Origin: an uncultured bacterium
GTDB lineage: Bacteria; Patescibacteriota; Saccharimonadia; UBA4664; SCTI01
Direction of reading: 5' to 3'
NCBI GenBank assembly: GCA_963721685.1
Contig: CAVRJJ010000002.1
Span: 8,848-72,847, forward strand
Length of the DNA: 64,000 nucleotides
The translations under genes were made by a program, and so were the position numbers. This document shows positions 32,692 to 43,193 of this stretch, one piece after another; the first letter of the stretch is position 1; every line of letters starts with the position of its first letter. The notes beneath the pieces are model-generated. The model did not search any database, was not told the origin of the DNA, and saw nothing but the letters and a program-made list of their open reading frames with translations.

Positions 32692-35024
32692 CTAGGCGCG
32701 AAGTTCCGCGTTAAAGCGCTCACGCAACGTATTTGTAACCGCCTCCACTACCTGTTCGGCATCTTTATCAGTAGGCGTACGCTCCGGATACGAAATTATG
32801 AGCTGAAAAGCTACCGATTTTTTATCTTCACCTAATCCTTCACCGTAATAGTCGCTTTTAAAGTGGGTTTCGTAGTTTGTAAGCGCGGCGGCTATTTCAG
32901 CCCACGCGAGCTCGCGCGGTACAATGACGGCGATATCCCGGATTGCCGATGGGAACCGGCTGCTGCCTCGATACTGCTTAGGGCTGGCCGCCGCCAAGAA
33001 CGGCTCCCAGTCTAACTCAAAATAGCCAATACCGCCATCCAGTTTGAGCTGGGCTGTAAGACCGGGATCAAGCTCGCCTATCCATCCAACAGTTGTATCG
33101 CCTAGTTGTAAGCATCCTACCCGGCCGCGCAAGGCCACGCCCTCGTTCAGGGCCGCGGGCAACACCCGTACCGGCGCGTTAAAGGTCCGCCCCAACCGGT
33201 CAAGCACGGCTTTAACCTGGGGGTAGCCATCGCCTTGGCCGCGTCGCAGCACACCTAAGCGTAACGATTCCCGCGGCAACTCGCCCGGCGCTTTAGGGAG
33301 GTAGACTTTGGAAAATTCAAACATTCCGAACGCTTTGGCGTAGGTGCGATTGCGCTCGGCCGCTGCCAGCAGGCTAGGCAATAAATCAGTGCGTAAGTAG
33401 TCTTGCTCACTTGAAAGCGGGTTTTTGAGCTTTAAATGGTCTTCCAGTGGCCGCCCCAAAAACTCAATTTGCGAACGGCTAATGAATGAATAAGTCATCA
33501 CTTCGAACAAACCCGCCGACCTTAAGACGGCTTTCGCCTGCCACCGCTCCGGCCAATTACGGTCAAAACTGATGCGATTTGGCTGCCACGCCGGTAATGT
33601 TGCCGGCAACTGGTCATAACCAACCAGCTTAATCACCTCTTCGGCCAAGTCGTCTTCAGTCTGCACATCCGGACGCCACCAAGGCACTGAAACATCAATG
33701 GATTCCGATTGGCGGTTATCGGTGGAAAATCCTAAGTTTGCTAACTGTTCGGCTATTTGGCCAGGCTCCATCTGCAAACCAAAACCCGGTTTAGACGTTC
33801 ACTCCGCGTAGTAATCGTTACAGGAGGCACCTCCCCACTTTCCAAATCGGTAATTTGGCTGGCTGGTTCCCCACCGGCAATTTCTTGAAGTAAGCGTAAT
33901 GCCCTGGCCAACGCTCCCGGTGCTGAATTTACCGGTATGCCCCGCTCGAACCGAGCGGAAGCCTCGGTACGCAGTTTGTGGTGTTGGGCGGTTTTACGTA
34001 CCACGGGCCGTCAAAAATCGCCGCTTCAAGTAAAATTTCGGAGGTATGTAACATCTACTTCAGTTGTTAGTCCGCCCATTACCCCGGCTAAGCCGATAGG
34101 ACCGGTAGCGTCGGTAATGAGCAGGTCGCTTGACTGTAACTGGCGCTTTACCCGTCCAGCGCGGTAAAGCTCTCGCCGCTTGGGCTGGACGCACAATAAG
34201 GGGTAATTGAACCTTAGCGGCATCGTAGGCGTGAAGCGGCTGACCCAGCTCCAGCATGACGTAGTTGGTGACATCAACCACCGGGCTTACCGAGCGAATT
34301 CCGGCTTTTAGCAGGCTTGTAACCAGCCATTGAGGAGAATTTCCACCTGGATCAACTTTTACGCGGGCCAACATAAACCGCCTGGATAAATGAGAACCTG
34401 CAATCTGGCGATAGATTCATCGGAGTTCGTCTGACCCTCCAACTCGGGCTCGTCGTACACCAATTGCTGACCGGCTTGAGCGGCCGCCTCCAGAGCCATC
34501 CAGCGAATACCATTTAAATCCCACCTATTTGCGGCTGTTGTTGTTTCTATTACATCATTATCAGATAGAACGAAACTAACAGGCTCTCCAATGGGGGCGT
34601 CATCCGGCAAGAACAAAATACCGCCATGGTCGTTACCCACACCCAGTTCTTGCTCGCTGCACAGCATGCCCGCCGATTCAATACCCCGAAGCTTGGCGGC
34701 TTTAATGCGGGTACCGTCGGGCATTACGGCTCCCACTGCCGCCACCGCCACTTTTTTGCCTACTGATTCAGCATTTATATTAGGAGCGCCGGTTACAATG
34801 GTTAATTCAGTATTTTTTACATCAATAACAGCAATTTTTAATCTGTCGGCGTCTGGGTGCGGATTAACCGTTTTAATGTGGCCTATCGTAATTTTTACAT
34901 CAAGCTCAGTAGCAGGGTGGCTGGCTTCAACCTCAATACCGGCCAGTTCGAGGGCCCTCAACATGTCCTTGGATGCCAGCGGCTTCTCTAGATACTGGTT
35001 GATCCAGCTAACGGGAAGTTTCAT
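32692..35024 (-). CDS. pheT: Phenylalanine-tRNA ligase beta subunit, split by several indels (probable sequence errors)
   Basis: Consecutive fragments: [73 protein letters not shown] and [10 protein letters not shown]. Frame changes near 34390, 34170, 34020 and 33780. Confidence 0.93.
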
Positions 35025-36034
35025 TAAAACTGCTCCAAGAAATGAAAGTTTGGACGCCAGAACTCGCGCACATCGGTAACGCCGTGCTTAATCGCGGCAA
35101 TCCGCTCCGGGCCGAAGCCAAAGGCAAAACCGGTATAAACTTCCGGGTCGATCCCAACATTCCGCAGCACATGAGCATGCACCATTCCGGCTCCGCCCAA
35201 CTCAAGCCATCCGGTTTGGCTGCACATACGGCAGCCGCTCCCCTTGCAGCCCGGACAGGTCGCGTGCATTTCAACCGAGGGTTCGGTGTAGGGAAAATAG
35301 TTCGGAAGCAGCTTGATCTCGGTTTCTTCCCCTAAGATACCGCGCATCATGGCCAAAAGCGTGCCCTTTAGGTCTGCGAGTGATACGTTTTTATCAACCA
35401 CCAACCCTTCAATTTGCTGGAACTGCCAAGAGTGGCGCTGGTCTTCATCCTCATTACGGTAAACTTTCCCAGGCGCGATAATCCGAATAGGCGGTTGGTG
35501 ATTTTCCATATAGCGGATTTGTACGTTTGAGGTATGAGTACGCGGCAAGTTGCCCCCTTCGAGGTAAAACGTATCCTGCATATCCCGGGCAGGATGGTTG
35601 GCTGGAATATTTAACGCCTCAAAGTTGTACCACTCATTTTCTATCTCCGGTCCATCCGCCACGGTATAGCCCATCTGCCAGTAAAGGCGCACCAATTCAT
35701 CAATTACTTCAAGAACCGGGTGGGCATGGCCAAAACCATGGATATCGTCGGCTGGCACGGTAATATCTACCGTGCTGGTTTCAATTTGGTGTGAAATGCG
35801 TTTATGTTGTAATTTTTTCCTGGCTTCTCCAAGAGCTTGGTCAATTCGCTGGCGCAATTTGTTAGCTTCAGCCCCTTTGGCGGCACGTTCGGCCGCTGGA
35901 AGCTCCCCGATGGAACGCAACAGCTTGGTGAGTTCGCCGTTTCTCCCCACATACCCAACCCGCAGCTTTTCCAGCTCTTGCTCGGAAGCGGCAGCTTGAA
36001 TGTTAGCAATTGCCTCGGATTCATCCATATTCAC
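35024..36034 (-). CDS. pheS: Phenylalanine-tRNA ligase alpha subunit
   Basis: HPARDMQDTFY, RTHTS, YFPYTEPS, GFAFGFGPER; start may be the ATG at 36028. Confidence 0.98.
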   Translation of the reverse strand: MNMDESEAIANIQAAASEQELEKLRVGYVGRNGELTKLLRSIGELPAAERAAKGAEANKLRQRIDQALGEARKKLQHKRISHQIETSTVDITVPADDIHGFGHAHPVLEVIDELVRLYWQMGYTVADGPEIENEWYNFEALNIPANHPARDMQDTFYLEGGNLPRTHTSNVQIRYMENHQPPIRIIAPGKVYRNEDEDQRHSWQFQQIEGLVVDKNVSLADLKGTLLAMMRGILGEETEIKLLPNYFPYTEPSVEMHATCPGCKGSGCRMCSQTGWLELGGAGMVHAHVLRNVGIDPEVYTGFAFGFGPERIAAIKHGVTDVREFWRPNFHFLEQF

Positions 36035-36402
36035 GTGCGCGCAACCATGTAAAATTCGGTTAGCGAAAGCAACAACAACAGAAGCAGGGCATCACGCGGG
36101 TTTAACTGCTGCAAACTGCTCAAGGCCAAGAGGATGGTGGCGTAACCGCCGATAAACAGGCCGCGCCGAAACGCGTCTACCCGCCGCAGCTTAACGGCGC
36201 GGTTAGATTGGAGTTTGGCAGCAACCAGATAGGCCCCGGCTGCGAACAAGCCGGTTAAACCGGCAAGAAGCGTTAAAAACCAGAAGGTTACGCCAAAAGG
36301 TCCCAAGGTTAAGGGCGCTAAGGTCAGCATCAGGAATAAGGCCAGTCCCATGCCTGCCAGCCCCACGGTCGTACTTGCCGAAAGAAAACCCTTATGTGCC
36401 AC
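36031..36402 (-). CDS. Four-TM membrane protein
   Basis: Hydrophobic 123 aa ORF overlapping the pheS start; GAGG RBS. Confidence 0.75.
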   Translation of the reverse strand: MAHKGFLSASTTVGLAGMGLALFLMLTLAPLTLGPFGVTFWFLTLLAGLTGLFAAGAYLVAAKLQSNRAVKLRRVDAFRRGLFIGGYATILLALSSLQQLNPRDALLLLLLLSLTEFYMVART

Positions 36403-36507
36403 CTAAACCTCTTTTATCTCTCCAGTATGGCAAAAAAGCGCTCTGGCTTCAATGCGCGGCGGCCATGAATTTTGGCACAGATTGCCGAGTACGGTAGTAT
36501 GGCAGCT

Positions 36508-37844
36508 ATGGATTCCCTAACCCACTACCAGGCCTTGCTTGAGCCATTGATTGGCTTTAAAAGCGTCTCAACCGACCCGTTATATCGAGACGAGGTAAAC
36601 AACACCGCTAAATGGCTGTTGCAGTTGTTTGAAAAAAACGGCTTTATAACCGAATCTTGGCAGCACGGTTCATCCAACCCGGTAGTTTATGCCCGCTATA
36701 ACACGGACCATCCCCATGCCCGCACTTTGCTCGTCTATGGCCACTACGACGTCCAGCCCGCCGCCAAGCCTGACGGCTGGACAAGCGAGCCGTTTGTCCT
36801 GGAGGAACGTGCAGGAAGGCTCTATGGCCGCGGGGTGGTGGACAATAAGGGCCAGACGCTTATCCATATCGCCACAGTCCTCAGAGCTGATTGAGGACAA
36901 GCGACTTAGCCCACAACGTCATTTTCTTGATTGAAGGTAATGAAGAGTCGGGTTCCGGAGATATGACCGATATCATTGAGCAACACAGGCACAAGCTAAA
37001 ATCCGACCATATTATCGTTTCCGATGGCGAGATACCCTACCGGCCCACCATCGAAGTCGGCATTCGCGGCGGCATCAATGTGGAGGTACAGTATAAAACC
37101 GCCCAAAACAACCTGCACTCAGGCATTTACGGCGGCGGCGTACCCAACGCCGCCCAAGAGCTAAGTAAGCTTGTTGCCACCTTTTACGATGCCAACCAAA
37201 GGGTCAACATCCCCGGTTTCTATGACGGCGTTGACCCTGTTACCGCAAAACAACGTAGCGACGCAAAAACCTTGTTTGTGGGTGATGCCCGGTTTAAAGA
37301 AATTACCGGGATAACCAGGCCGCTTACTCCCAAAGGATATGACTTTTTAACCGCGACCGGGTTGTTACCAACGCTCCAGATTAGCGGCTTGATCTCCGGC
37401 TATACTGAAGAAGGCTTTGCCTCCATCATCCCTTCCGATGCCCGAGCCAACATTAATATCCGCATTGTACATTCCCAAGATTACCGCCACATTTCCAAAA
37501 TGGTAACCGAGGCCATCCATGAACGCTCCCCTGAATATGTTGAGCTGAAAATCACCATTGAAGAGTTTGGCAATGCCATGAAACTGGATACCAGCCAACC
37601 CATTGTGCGCCACATAGAGAGCCTGCTTCAGGAAGCTTACGGTGAAAAAGCCCTTTACTCGTACTGCGGCGGTTCCATGCCGGTAATGATGGACTTTAAA
37701 AATATCCTAGGCCAAGAGCCGCTGCTGGTAAGCCTAGGCAATAATGACTGCAATATGCACGGAACAGATGAAAACTTCTCCATTGAGCTATTGAAAAAAG
37801 GCTTGGCCTTTAGCGAATTACTCTTTTCGCGAGAGATTATATAA
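36508..37844 (+). CDS. M20 family dipeptidase (ArgE/DapE-like), one frameshift near 36885
   Basis: YGHYDVQP and GRGVVDNKGQ in the first frame; EGNEESGS, LHSGIYGG, GGSMP and NMHGTDEN in the next frame. Confidence 0.9.
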
Positions 37845-37854
37845 GAGCAAGTTG

Positions 37855-38240
37855 GTTGCGGGGCGGACGAAGTTCGTCCATTTGTTACTACTAGTTGACG
37901 CTTGCCGCCCCGCTAGTATTTCCTAGCGAGCCTGATGGTTGGCTAAGAAATAAGGTTATCGCTAAGTAGCGATAGGTGCGGTCCCTACCATTATCTGGTA
38001 GTTCGAAGGGAGTCGCTGCCCGCACACAGGTTACGAGCAGATAATTCCCCTCGAACTTCCGGCGAAACATTTGATCGCACAAGCGATGTTTCTTTAACAG
38101 TAGGACAAGTCCGGTTTGGAAAGTAAGGGGGATACTTCTAAACCGGGCTAGTCCTACTGTGTTGCGGTAAGGACGGGATAAGGTTCTAAGATTTTCAAGG
38201 TTTCTTCTTCCTGCGGGCCGATCAAGCTTGTGCTTGAATG
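37855..38240 (-). ncRNA. Candidate highly structured ncRNA of unknown family
   Basis: Promoter TTGACT-18-TATATT (38246-38275); eight consecutive hairpins; no credible ORF. Confidence 0.6.
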
Positions 38241-38330
38241 TTCTTAATATAGCACAAGCAGTATAGTAAAGTCAACATGTTCCCTGGAAAAATGTGTTGT
38301 AAATAATTCAACTGTGGATAAGCTGCTTTT

Positions 38331-39328
38331 CTACAACAGGCCGAGGCTGGACCGTACTTGGATAAGCTTCTCGGTTGCGATGGCCGTTGCCTTCTGTCTG
38401 CCCGCTTCTATAATTGCTTCCAGTTTGCGGTTATCAGCTAAGAGCTCCGCGTGGCGCTGCTGGATGGGTTCGATATGCTCAACTACCGCCTCGGCCAGGG
38501 CTTCCTTAAATGGTCCATACCCCGCCGTTCCGGTAGGACTCCGCGATGTCGTTGGGCGGGGCTCCGGTTACCTTAGCAAATATCTGAATAAGGTTTGTAT
38601 GGCGCGGCTTTTTCAGTATCCAAGGTTATTTCATTGCCGGAATCGGTTACCGCCCGCTTAATTTTTTGGCGCAAGACGTCTGGGCTATCACTTAGCATCA
38701 GGTTACCGCTACCGTCTTCATCGCTCTTGCTCATCTTGGAGGTTGGATCTTGCAGGTTCATGATCCGGTGGCCAACATCGGGCAGAACCGCTCGCGGCAA
38801 GGTAAAGGTAGGACCATACAGGTTGTTAAAGCGTTCACCAATATCACGCGCCAATTCAACATGCTGGCGCTGATCGCTGCCAACCGGCACTTCATTGGTG
38901 TCGTAAAGCAGAATATCGGCGGCCATAAGGGTTGGATAGGTGTAAAGCCCCACCAACTGCCCCTCCGCTCCAGACGTGCGGGATTTGTCTTTAAACTGCG
39001 TCATGCGGTTAAGCTCGCCCATAGTGACATAGTTATTAAAAATCCAGGCCAGTTCGGCATGCGCGGGAACCTGTGACTGGACAAACAGTGTTACCTTGGC
39101 TGGGTCTAAGCCGGCGGCAAGGAACCAGGCGACGTTCGACAGCGTATTGTCGCGCAAGGAACCCGGGTCGGGTCGGGCAATTAAGGAGTGCAGGTTCGGA
39201 ACAAAGAAAAAATACTCGGTTTCCTGGTCATTCGAAGACTGGAGCTCAACCCACGGCTTCAAGGCGCCTAGGTAATTACCCAGAGTAAGGTCGCTGTTGG
39301 CCCGAATTCCCGAGAGGACGCGTTTCAT
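38331..39328 (-). CDS. trpS: Tryptophan-tRNA ligase, two indels near 38605 and 38520
   Basis: SGIRANSDLTLGNYLGA, YPTLMAADILLY, VPVGSDQRQH and KMSKS. The C-terminus YGPFKEALAEAVVE...VRSSLGLL* continues in a shifted frame to 38331. Confidence 0.95.
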
Positions 39329-39337
39329 ATCCGTATC

Positions 39338-40396
39338 TTACTCATCGCTTTGGGGTTTGTCGACCAGCAAGGGTTCAATGGCGGGTGTGGTATCGGCGAT
39401 GCGCATAACATCTTTATCGACCTTGCCCAGCTCTTTATGGGCGTTGTTGTAGTGGTTGACGGTGGTGCCCAGGGAATTACCGAGCTTTTGCATAAACACT
39501 TCATAGGCGGTTAAATGGCGTCCCAATTCCCCTACCCGCTGCTGGATCTCCTTAGCTTGCTCTTCAATCTGCAGGGAGCGCAATCCTTGCAGAACCGTTT
39601 GCAGGTAAGCCATAAAGGAAGTTGGCGAAACGATAATAACGTGCTTGTCGCGAAAGGCGTATTCAATTAAGTCGCGGGCGGTGGTTTGGACGGTGCCAAC
39701 CTTGTTAATCAACAGGTCGTAATAGACGGCTTCCGAGGGAATGAACATAAAGGCGAAATCCATGGTGCCTTCGGAAGGACGAATGTACTTAGCGGTTTCG
39801 TCGATCCGGTTTTTTAAGTCAGCCTTAAAGGATTTAACCAGAATATCGCGGGAACCGGCGTCTTTTTCTTCCACCAGTCGGTTGTAGTTCTCAAGGGAAA
39901 ACTTGGAGTCAATTGGTAATATTTTAGTATCTAAATGGATAATGGCATCAACCGCATCGCCGTTTTTAAACTTATATTGTAGGCTGAATTGGCCTGGGGA
40001 TAACGTATTTTCAAGCACCTGTTGTAAATAATACTCTCCGAGAACGCCGCGTTGTTTTGGATTTTGTAGGACATTTTGGAGGGTCTGCAACCGATCGGCC
40101 ACACTAACGACCTGCTCGTTCCCCTTTTGCAGCTTAACCAGGCTTTGGGTGACCTCGGTGATCAGCTTGGAAGATTCGGCAAACTGCTGGTGCATCACCT
40201 GGCGCATCTGTTCGCTGGTCTTGTCCATCCGGACATCCAGGCGCTCGGTTAGCTTACCCAGCTGCTCTTGAAGCAATAGCAGGCTTTTATCCTCTGAAGG
40301 GGGCTGGCTTCCCCGGCGCACCACCGAGCCAATATAAATAGCCGCGCCAATTACCGCTACCGCTACTACCCCCGCCGCGATGAGTACCCATTCCAT
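39338..40396 (-). CDS. rmuC: DNA recombination protein RmuC
   Basis: N-terminal TM, coiled coil, KQRGVLGE, PIDSKF, FAFMFIPSE and VSPTS. Confidence 0.93.
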   Translation of the reverse strand: MEWVLIAAGVVAVAVIGAAIYIGSVVRRGSQPPSEDKSLLLLQEQLGKLTERLDVRMDKTSEQMRQVMHQQFAESSKLITEVTQSLVKLQKGNEQVVSVADRLQTLQNVLQNPKQRGVLGEYYLQQVLENTLSPGQFSLQYKFKNGDAVDAIIHLDTKILPIDSKFSLENYNRLVEEKDAGSRDILVKSFKADLKNRIDETAKYIRPSEGTMDFAFMFIPSEAVYYDLLINKVGTVQTTARDLIEYAFRDKHVIIVSPTSFMAYLQTVLQGLRSLQIEEQAKEIQQRVGELGRHLTAYEVFMQKLGNSLGTTVNHYNNAHKELGKVDKDVMRIADTTPAIEPLLVDKPQSDE

Positions 40397-40455
40397 ACCG
40401 CTTATTGTACGGTATTCGTTCGGTTTTGTCACTGGTATGGCTGTATGATCAAACA

Positions 40456-40484
40456 TTGACTTTTCAGCAAATATATGCTAAAGT
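40456..40484 (+). promoter_or_regulatory. sigma70-type promoter
   Basis: TTGACT-17-(TGC)TAAAGT. Confidence 0.75.
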
Positions 40485-40568
40485 ACCTTGTCGTTTATTT
40501 TTGCCTCCTGCAGCTATACGAAGACCTCCGCTTGAACCTATAGTTCGAGCCCTATCCAAAGGATTGCC

Positions 40569-41291
40569 ATGACCGCTTCACGCGCACGTCGTACCTGTGC
40601 CCTCGCGGCTGTCGCGCTGCTCCTGCCCTGTGCAGGTTCAGCTCACGCCCAGGAGAAGCCCAGTTCGCACACCAACCCGCCGGCGATTACGCCGGAGACG
40701 CCCTCGCCTTTCGCAGAGGAGGAGTCCCTCTACCTCCCGAAAGAGGTCGAATACGGCCCAGTCTGGGCCGTCGGCGAAGACGGCGTGCATCTCGATGCCT
40801 TGGGCATTCGGGTCGCTCTCAGTCGTATCGGCCTGGGCCTTCAGGAGAGCACCCTCTTCGCGATTCCGCGTCGCACACGCGTCACAAGTACGCGCATCGA
40901 CATGCACGTTGACTGCAGCCGGCTCAAGAAAGGCCAGCTGGGATCGACGCTGATCGAGAACCAGGAGAACCAGCGTGTCACCAAACGGTGCGGCACGAAC
41001 AGGCCGTTCGTGGTCGCATGGGCCGGCCTCCCCGTCTACACCGACGACGTCCTGGAGTTCTACTCGAGAGCAGTCGCCACGTTTGCAAATTGGGAGGTGG
41101 TCGATCCAGTTTCGTTGACGATCGACGGTTCGCGCATCACCCTGCGCTTCAATTCCGGAGCACAGCGCATCTCGATCATCCGTCAGAAGGTGATCAGGTG
41201 CAGGCGACACGGGCGCACTGACCGGTGCGTCACGTACAAGGGCCACTTCTCTCCCGAAAACGAGAACCCGACCGCGGGTAAACGCCAGTAG
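40569..41291 (+). CDS. GC-rich secreted hypothetical protein (240 aa)
   Basis: Arg-rich signal peptide ending AHA, Cys pairs, strong GC3 bias, own promoter and hairpin. Confidence 0.75.
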   Translation: MTASRARRTCALAAVALLLPCAGSAHAQEKPSSHTNPPAITPETPSPFAEEESLYLPKEVEYGPVWAVGEDGVHLDALGIRVALSRIGLGLQESTLFAIPRRTRVTSTRIDMHVDCSRLKKGQLGSTLIENQENQRVTKRCGTNRPFVVAWAGLPVYTDDVLEFYSRAVATFANWEVVDPVSLTIDGSRITLRFNSGAQRISIIRQKVIRCRRHGRTDRCVTYKGHFSPENENPTAGKRQ

Positions 41292-41302
41292 TACAACGAC
41301 AA

Positions 41303-41325
41303 GGCCCGGGCACACTGCCCGGGCC
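41303..41325 (+). terminator. Hairpin after the 240 aa gene
   Basis: GGCCCGGGCA-CAC-TGCCCGGGCC. Confidence 0.7.
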
Positions 41326-41353
41326 GCTTCATTTATGCAATTATGATAATGCT

Positions 41354-41395
41354 AAAAAGGAAAGAACCCCGAACCGCTTGCGCGGCCCAGGGCTC
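41354..41395 (-). terminator. Terminator after the 554 aa gene
   Basis: Minus strand GAGCCCTGGGCCGC-GCAA-GCGGTTCGGGGTTC followed by TTTCCTTTTT. Confidence 0.7.
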
Positions 41396-41419
41396 GGTTT
41401 CGGACCGCTTACGCGGTCC

Positions 41420-43084
41420 CTAGCGTCGCCTTCGAACAACTACATCGAAGGCGGTTGATCCGTAGTCTCCTGCGGAAACCCGGATGGAATGTTGCCCGAT
41501 GATGGGCGTGGTCCACATCCGCGGACAGGTAGCGATCCCCTTCTTGCTGGAGATCACCGTGGCTTTCTGGGACTTGAACCTGGACCTCTGGAACCAAACT
41601 CGGCCACGTTTGGCGCTGCAAGACACCTTTACGCCAGCCGCTGGACTTCCATCAGCTTTGATGGCCTTAACCCTGAATCGAGAACGGAGTACCTGGCTGG
41701 CCTTGGCGGAAACACGGGTCGGACTGACCCGTTTCAGCCTCGGCTTGGCTGGTGGCGGGCAGTACTGCAATGTGTCCGGGCCGGGAATTACCATCGAATA
41801 CGGACTCGCGTCCTTGGTGATGGTTTTTCCGAACACCCGTCCTGATGGTCCAGTGAAGGCAACTGCGATCTGGCCTCGGTGTGAGACCAAACTCGGTGCC
41901 GCGAACGACCCGTTAACTACCGGGACGGTAAGTGGCTCAAATGCATCGACTGGTGAGCGAAAGCTCACCGAGCCGCAGTTTGCGTTTACAACGACTCCGA
42001 AGATTCCTTCTTCGGGTCCTGAGCGTCGCCAGTTTGTCGAGGTTAGCGGTCCCTCGAGGCTATTGGCGGTCGCCTCAATACGCAGGCGCTCAGGTGGTAG
42101 GTTCGGAGGGATCCAAAGCCCCCATCGTCCGAACTCGTCAGTTGCACCGGTTCCGGAGCGAACAACACGGCCATCATGGCCAAAAACTGTCAGACCGACT
42201 TCCATGCCGACCTGAGGTACCTCCTTGCCATCTTGCGTACACAGGAAGTGAATAGCGAAGAGCTGCACTTCCAGCAGGAGGCGACAGCCCGCGGCCGGAA
42301 CGTCGAAGACGCTCTGGTTTTCGAGCCAGAGGGCCGTGGGAACTCCCTCGACCGCTTGCTGTGCCTCAGCGGCCAAAGCGATCAACTGGGACCGATCGAT
42401 ATCGGCCTTCGCCCGACTGAACAGCAGCGAATTGAATCCTCTGAAGAACTGGGGATTTTCCAACAGCACCTTGCCGAACGCAAATCCGGCCATCTGGTAA
42501 CGAATTCTCGTCCCAGGATTATAGTCGTCCTGTGAATGGTAAACGGTATTAGGCGCCCCCAACGCTTGAAGATTCCAGTTCTCATAAAACTGGGCCTTGT
42601 CTTGGCCCTGGCTGCTGTCGTACTCCATTGGATCAACGATGCCTTGGCGCGTCAAGAGCCGCATGACCTCGTTGGTCGCGGCGACGGCCGAGCCTTCCTC
42701 CCACACCCGGTTATTTAGCACCAGGTTAGCGCTGTCGCGCAGAACGTGGGTCAGCTCATGCACCAAGTGAAACCTGATCGCCGAAGCGAGTTGAAACATC
42801 TTCCGACCGCGATCGTAGAGACCCCTGTCGGACTTGGTCACCGTCACCTTGATGGGCGCGGCGGGAGGTCCGTAGACCTCATTGAGCGTCTTAAGTATCG
42901 GCCCTTCGTGGGCCGTCCAAGCTCTCAGCAGATCAGCCTCACCTGCGCCCCAGGAACCGTCAACGACGACGGTAATTGCGGGACTCGGTTCGTGATCTGC
43001 CGATGCAACTCCACCAGGACAGGCCAGGAGGAGCGCGATGATCGCCAGGAGGATCCTGGCGCTCGGGAACTTATTGTCAAACAC
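41420..43084 (-). CDS. Secreted gluzincin-like zinc metallopeptidase with basic C-terminal Ig-like domain
   Basis: Signal peptide, VHELTH plus downstream WEEG, Lys/Arg-rich C-terminal domain; AAGGAGG RBS. Confidence 0.75.
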   Translation of the reverse strand: MFDNKFPSARILLAIIALLLACPGGVASADHEPSPAITVVVDGSWGAGEADLLRAWTAHEGPILKTLNEVYGPPAAPIKVTVTKSDRGLYDRGRKMFQLASAIRFHLVHELTHVLRDSANLVLNNRVWEEGSAVAATNEVMRLLTRQGIVDPMEYDSSQGQDKAQFYENWNLQALGAPNTVYHSQDDYNPGTRIRYQMAGFAFGKVLLENPQFFRGFNSLLFSRAKADIDRSQLIALAAEAQQAVEGVPTALWLENQSVFDVPAAGCRLLLEVQLFAIHFLCTQDGKEVPQVGMEVGLTVFGHDGRVVRSGTGATDEFGRWGLWIPPNLPPERLRIEATANSLEGPLTSTNWRRSGPEEGIFGVVVNANCGSVSFRSPVDAFEPLTVPVVNGSFAAPSLVSHRGQIAVAFTGPSGRVFGKTITKDASPYSMVIPGPDTLQYCPPPAKPRLKRVSPTRVSAKASQVLRSRFRVKAIKADGSPAAGVKVSCSAKRGRVWFQRSRFKSQKATVISSKKGIATCPRMWTTPIIGQHSIRVSAGDYGSTAFDVVVRRRR

Positions 43085-43138
43085 GGCCCCTCCTTAGGGA
43101 GTCGAAGTTCTTATTCTCAGAGTCGAGCGTATAGCAAT

Positions 43139-43167
43139 ATTATAACATTTCAGATAGAGAGTGTCAA
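43139..43167 (-). promoter_or_regulatory. Consensus sigma70 promoter
   Basis: TTGACA-17-TATAAT with extended -10 TG. Confidence 0.85.
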
Positions 43168-43193
43168 TTAAAGAACCTTGTCACAAGCCAATA

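Noticed and set aside
32692-35024. Programmed frameshifting or an alternative genetic code explaining split pheT and trpS
   Set aside because: The breaks are multiple frame changes rather than in-frame TGA. Other genes end at TGA and long ORFs are intact under code 11.
38313-38321. DnaA box (TTATCCACA on the minus strand) as a replication origin
   Set aside because: Single box, no cluster or dnaA nearby; at most a regulatory site next to the candidate ncRNA promoter.
40638-41315. 225 aa minus-strand ORF
   Set aside because: Shadow of the GC-rich + strand gene, which has the promoter, RBS, signal peptide and terminator.
40456-43167. Integron cassette array
   Set aside because: No integrase and no recognisable attC sites; the genes are convergent and carry their own promoters.
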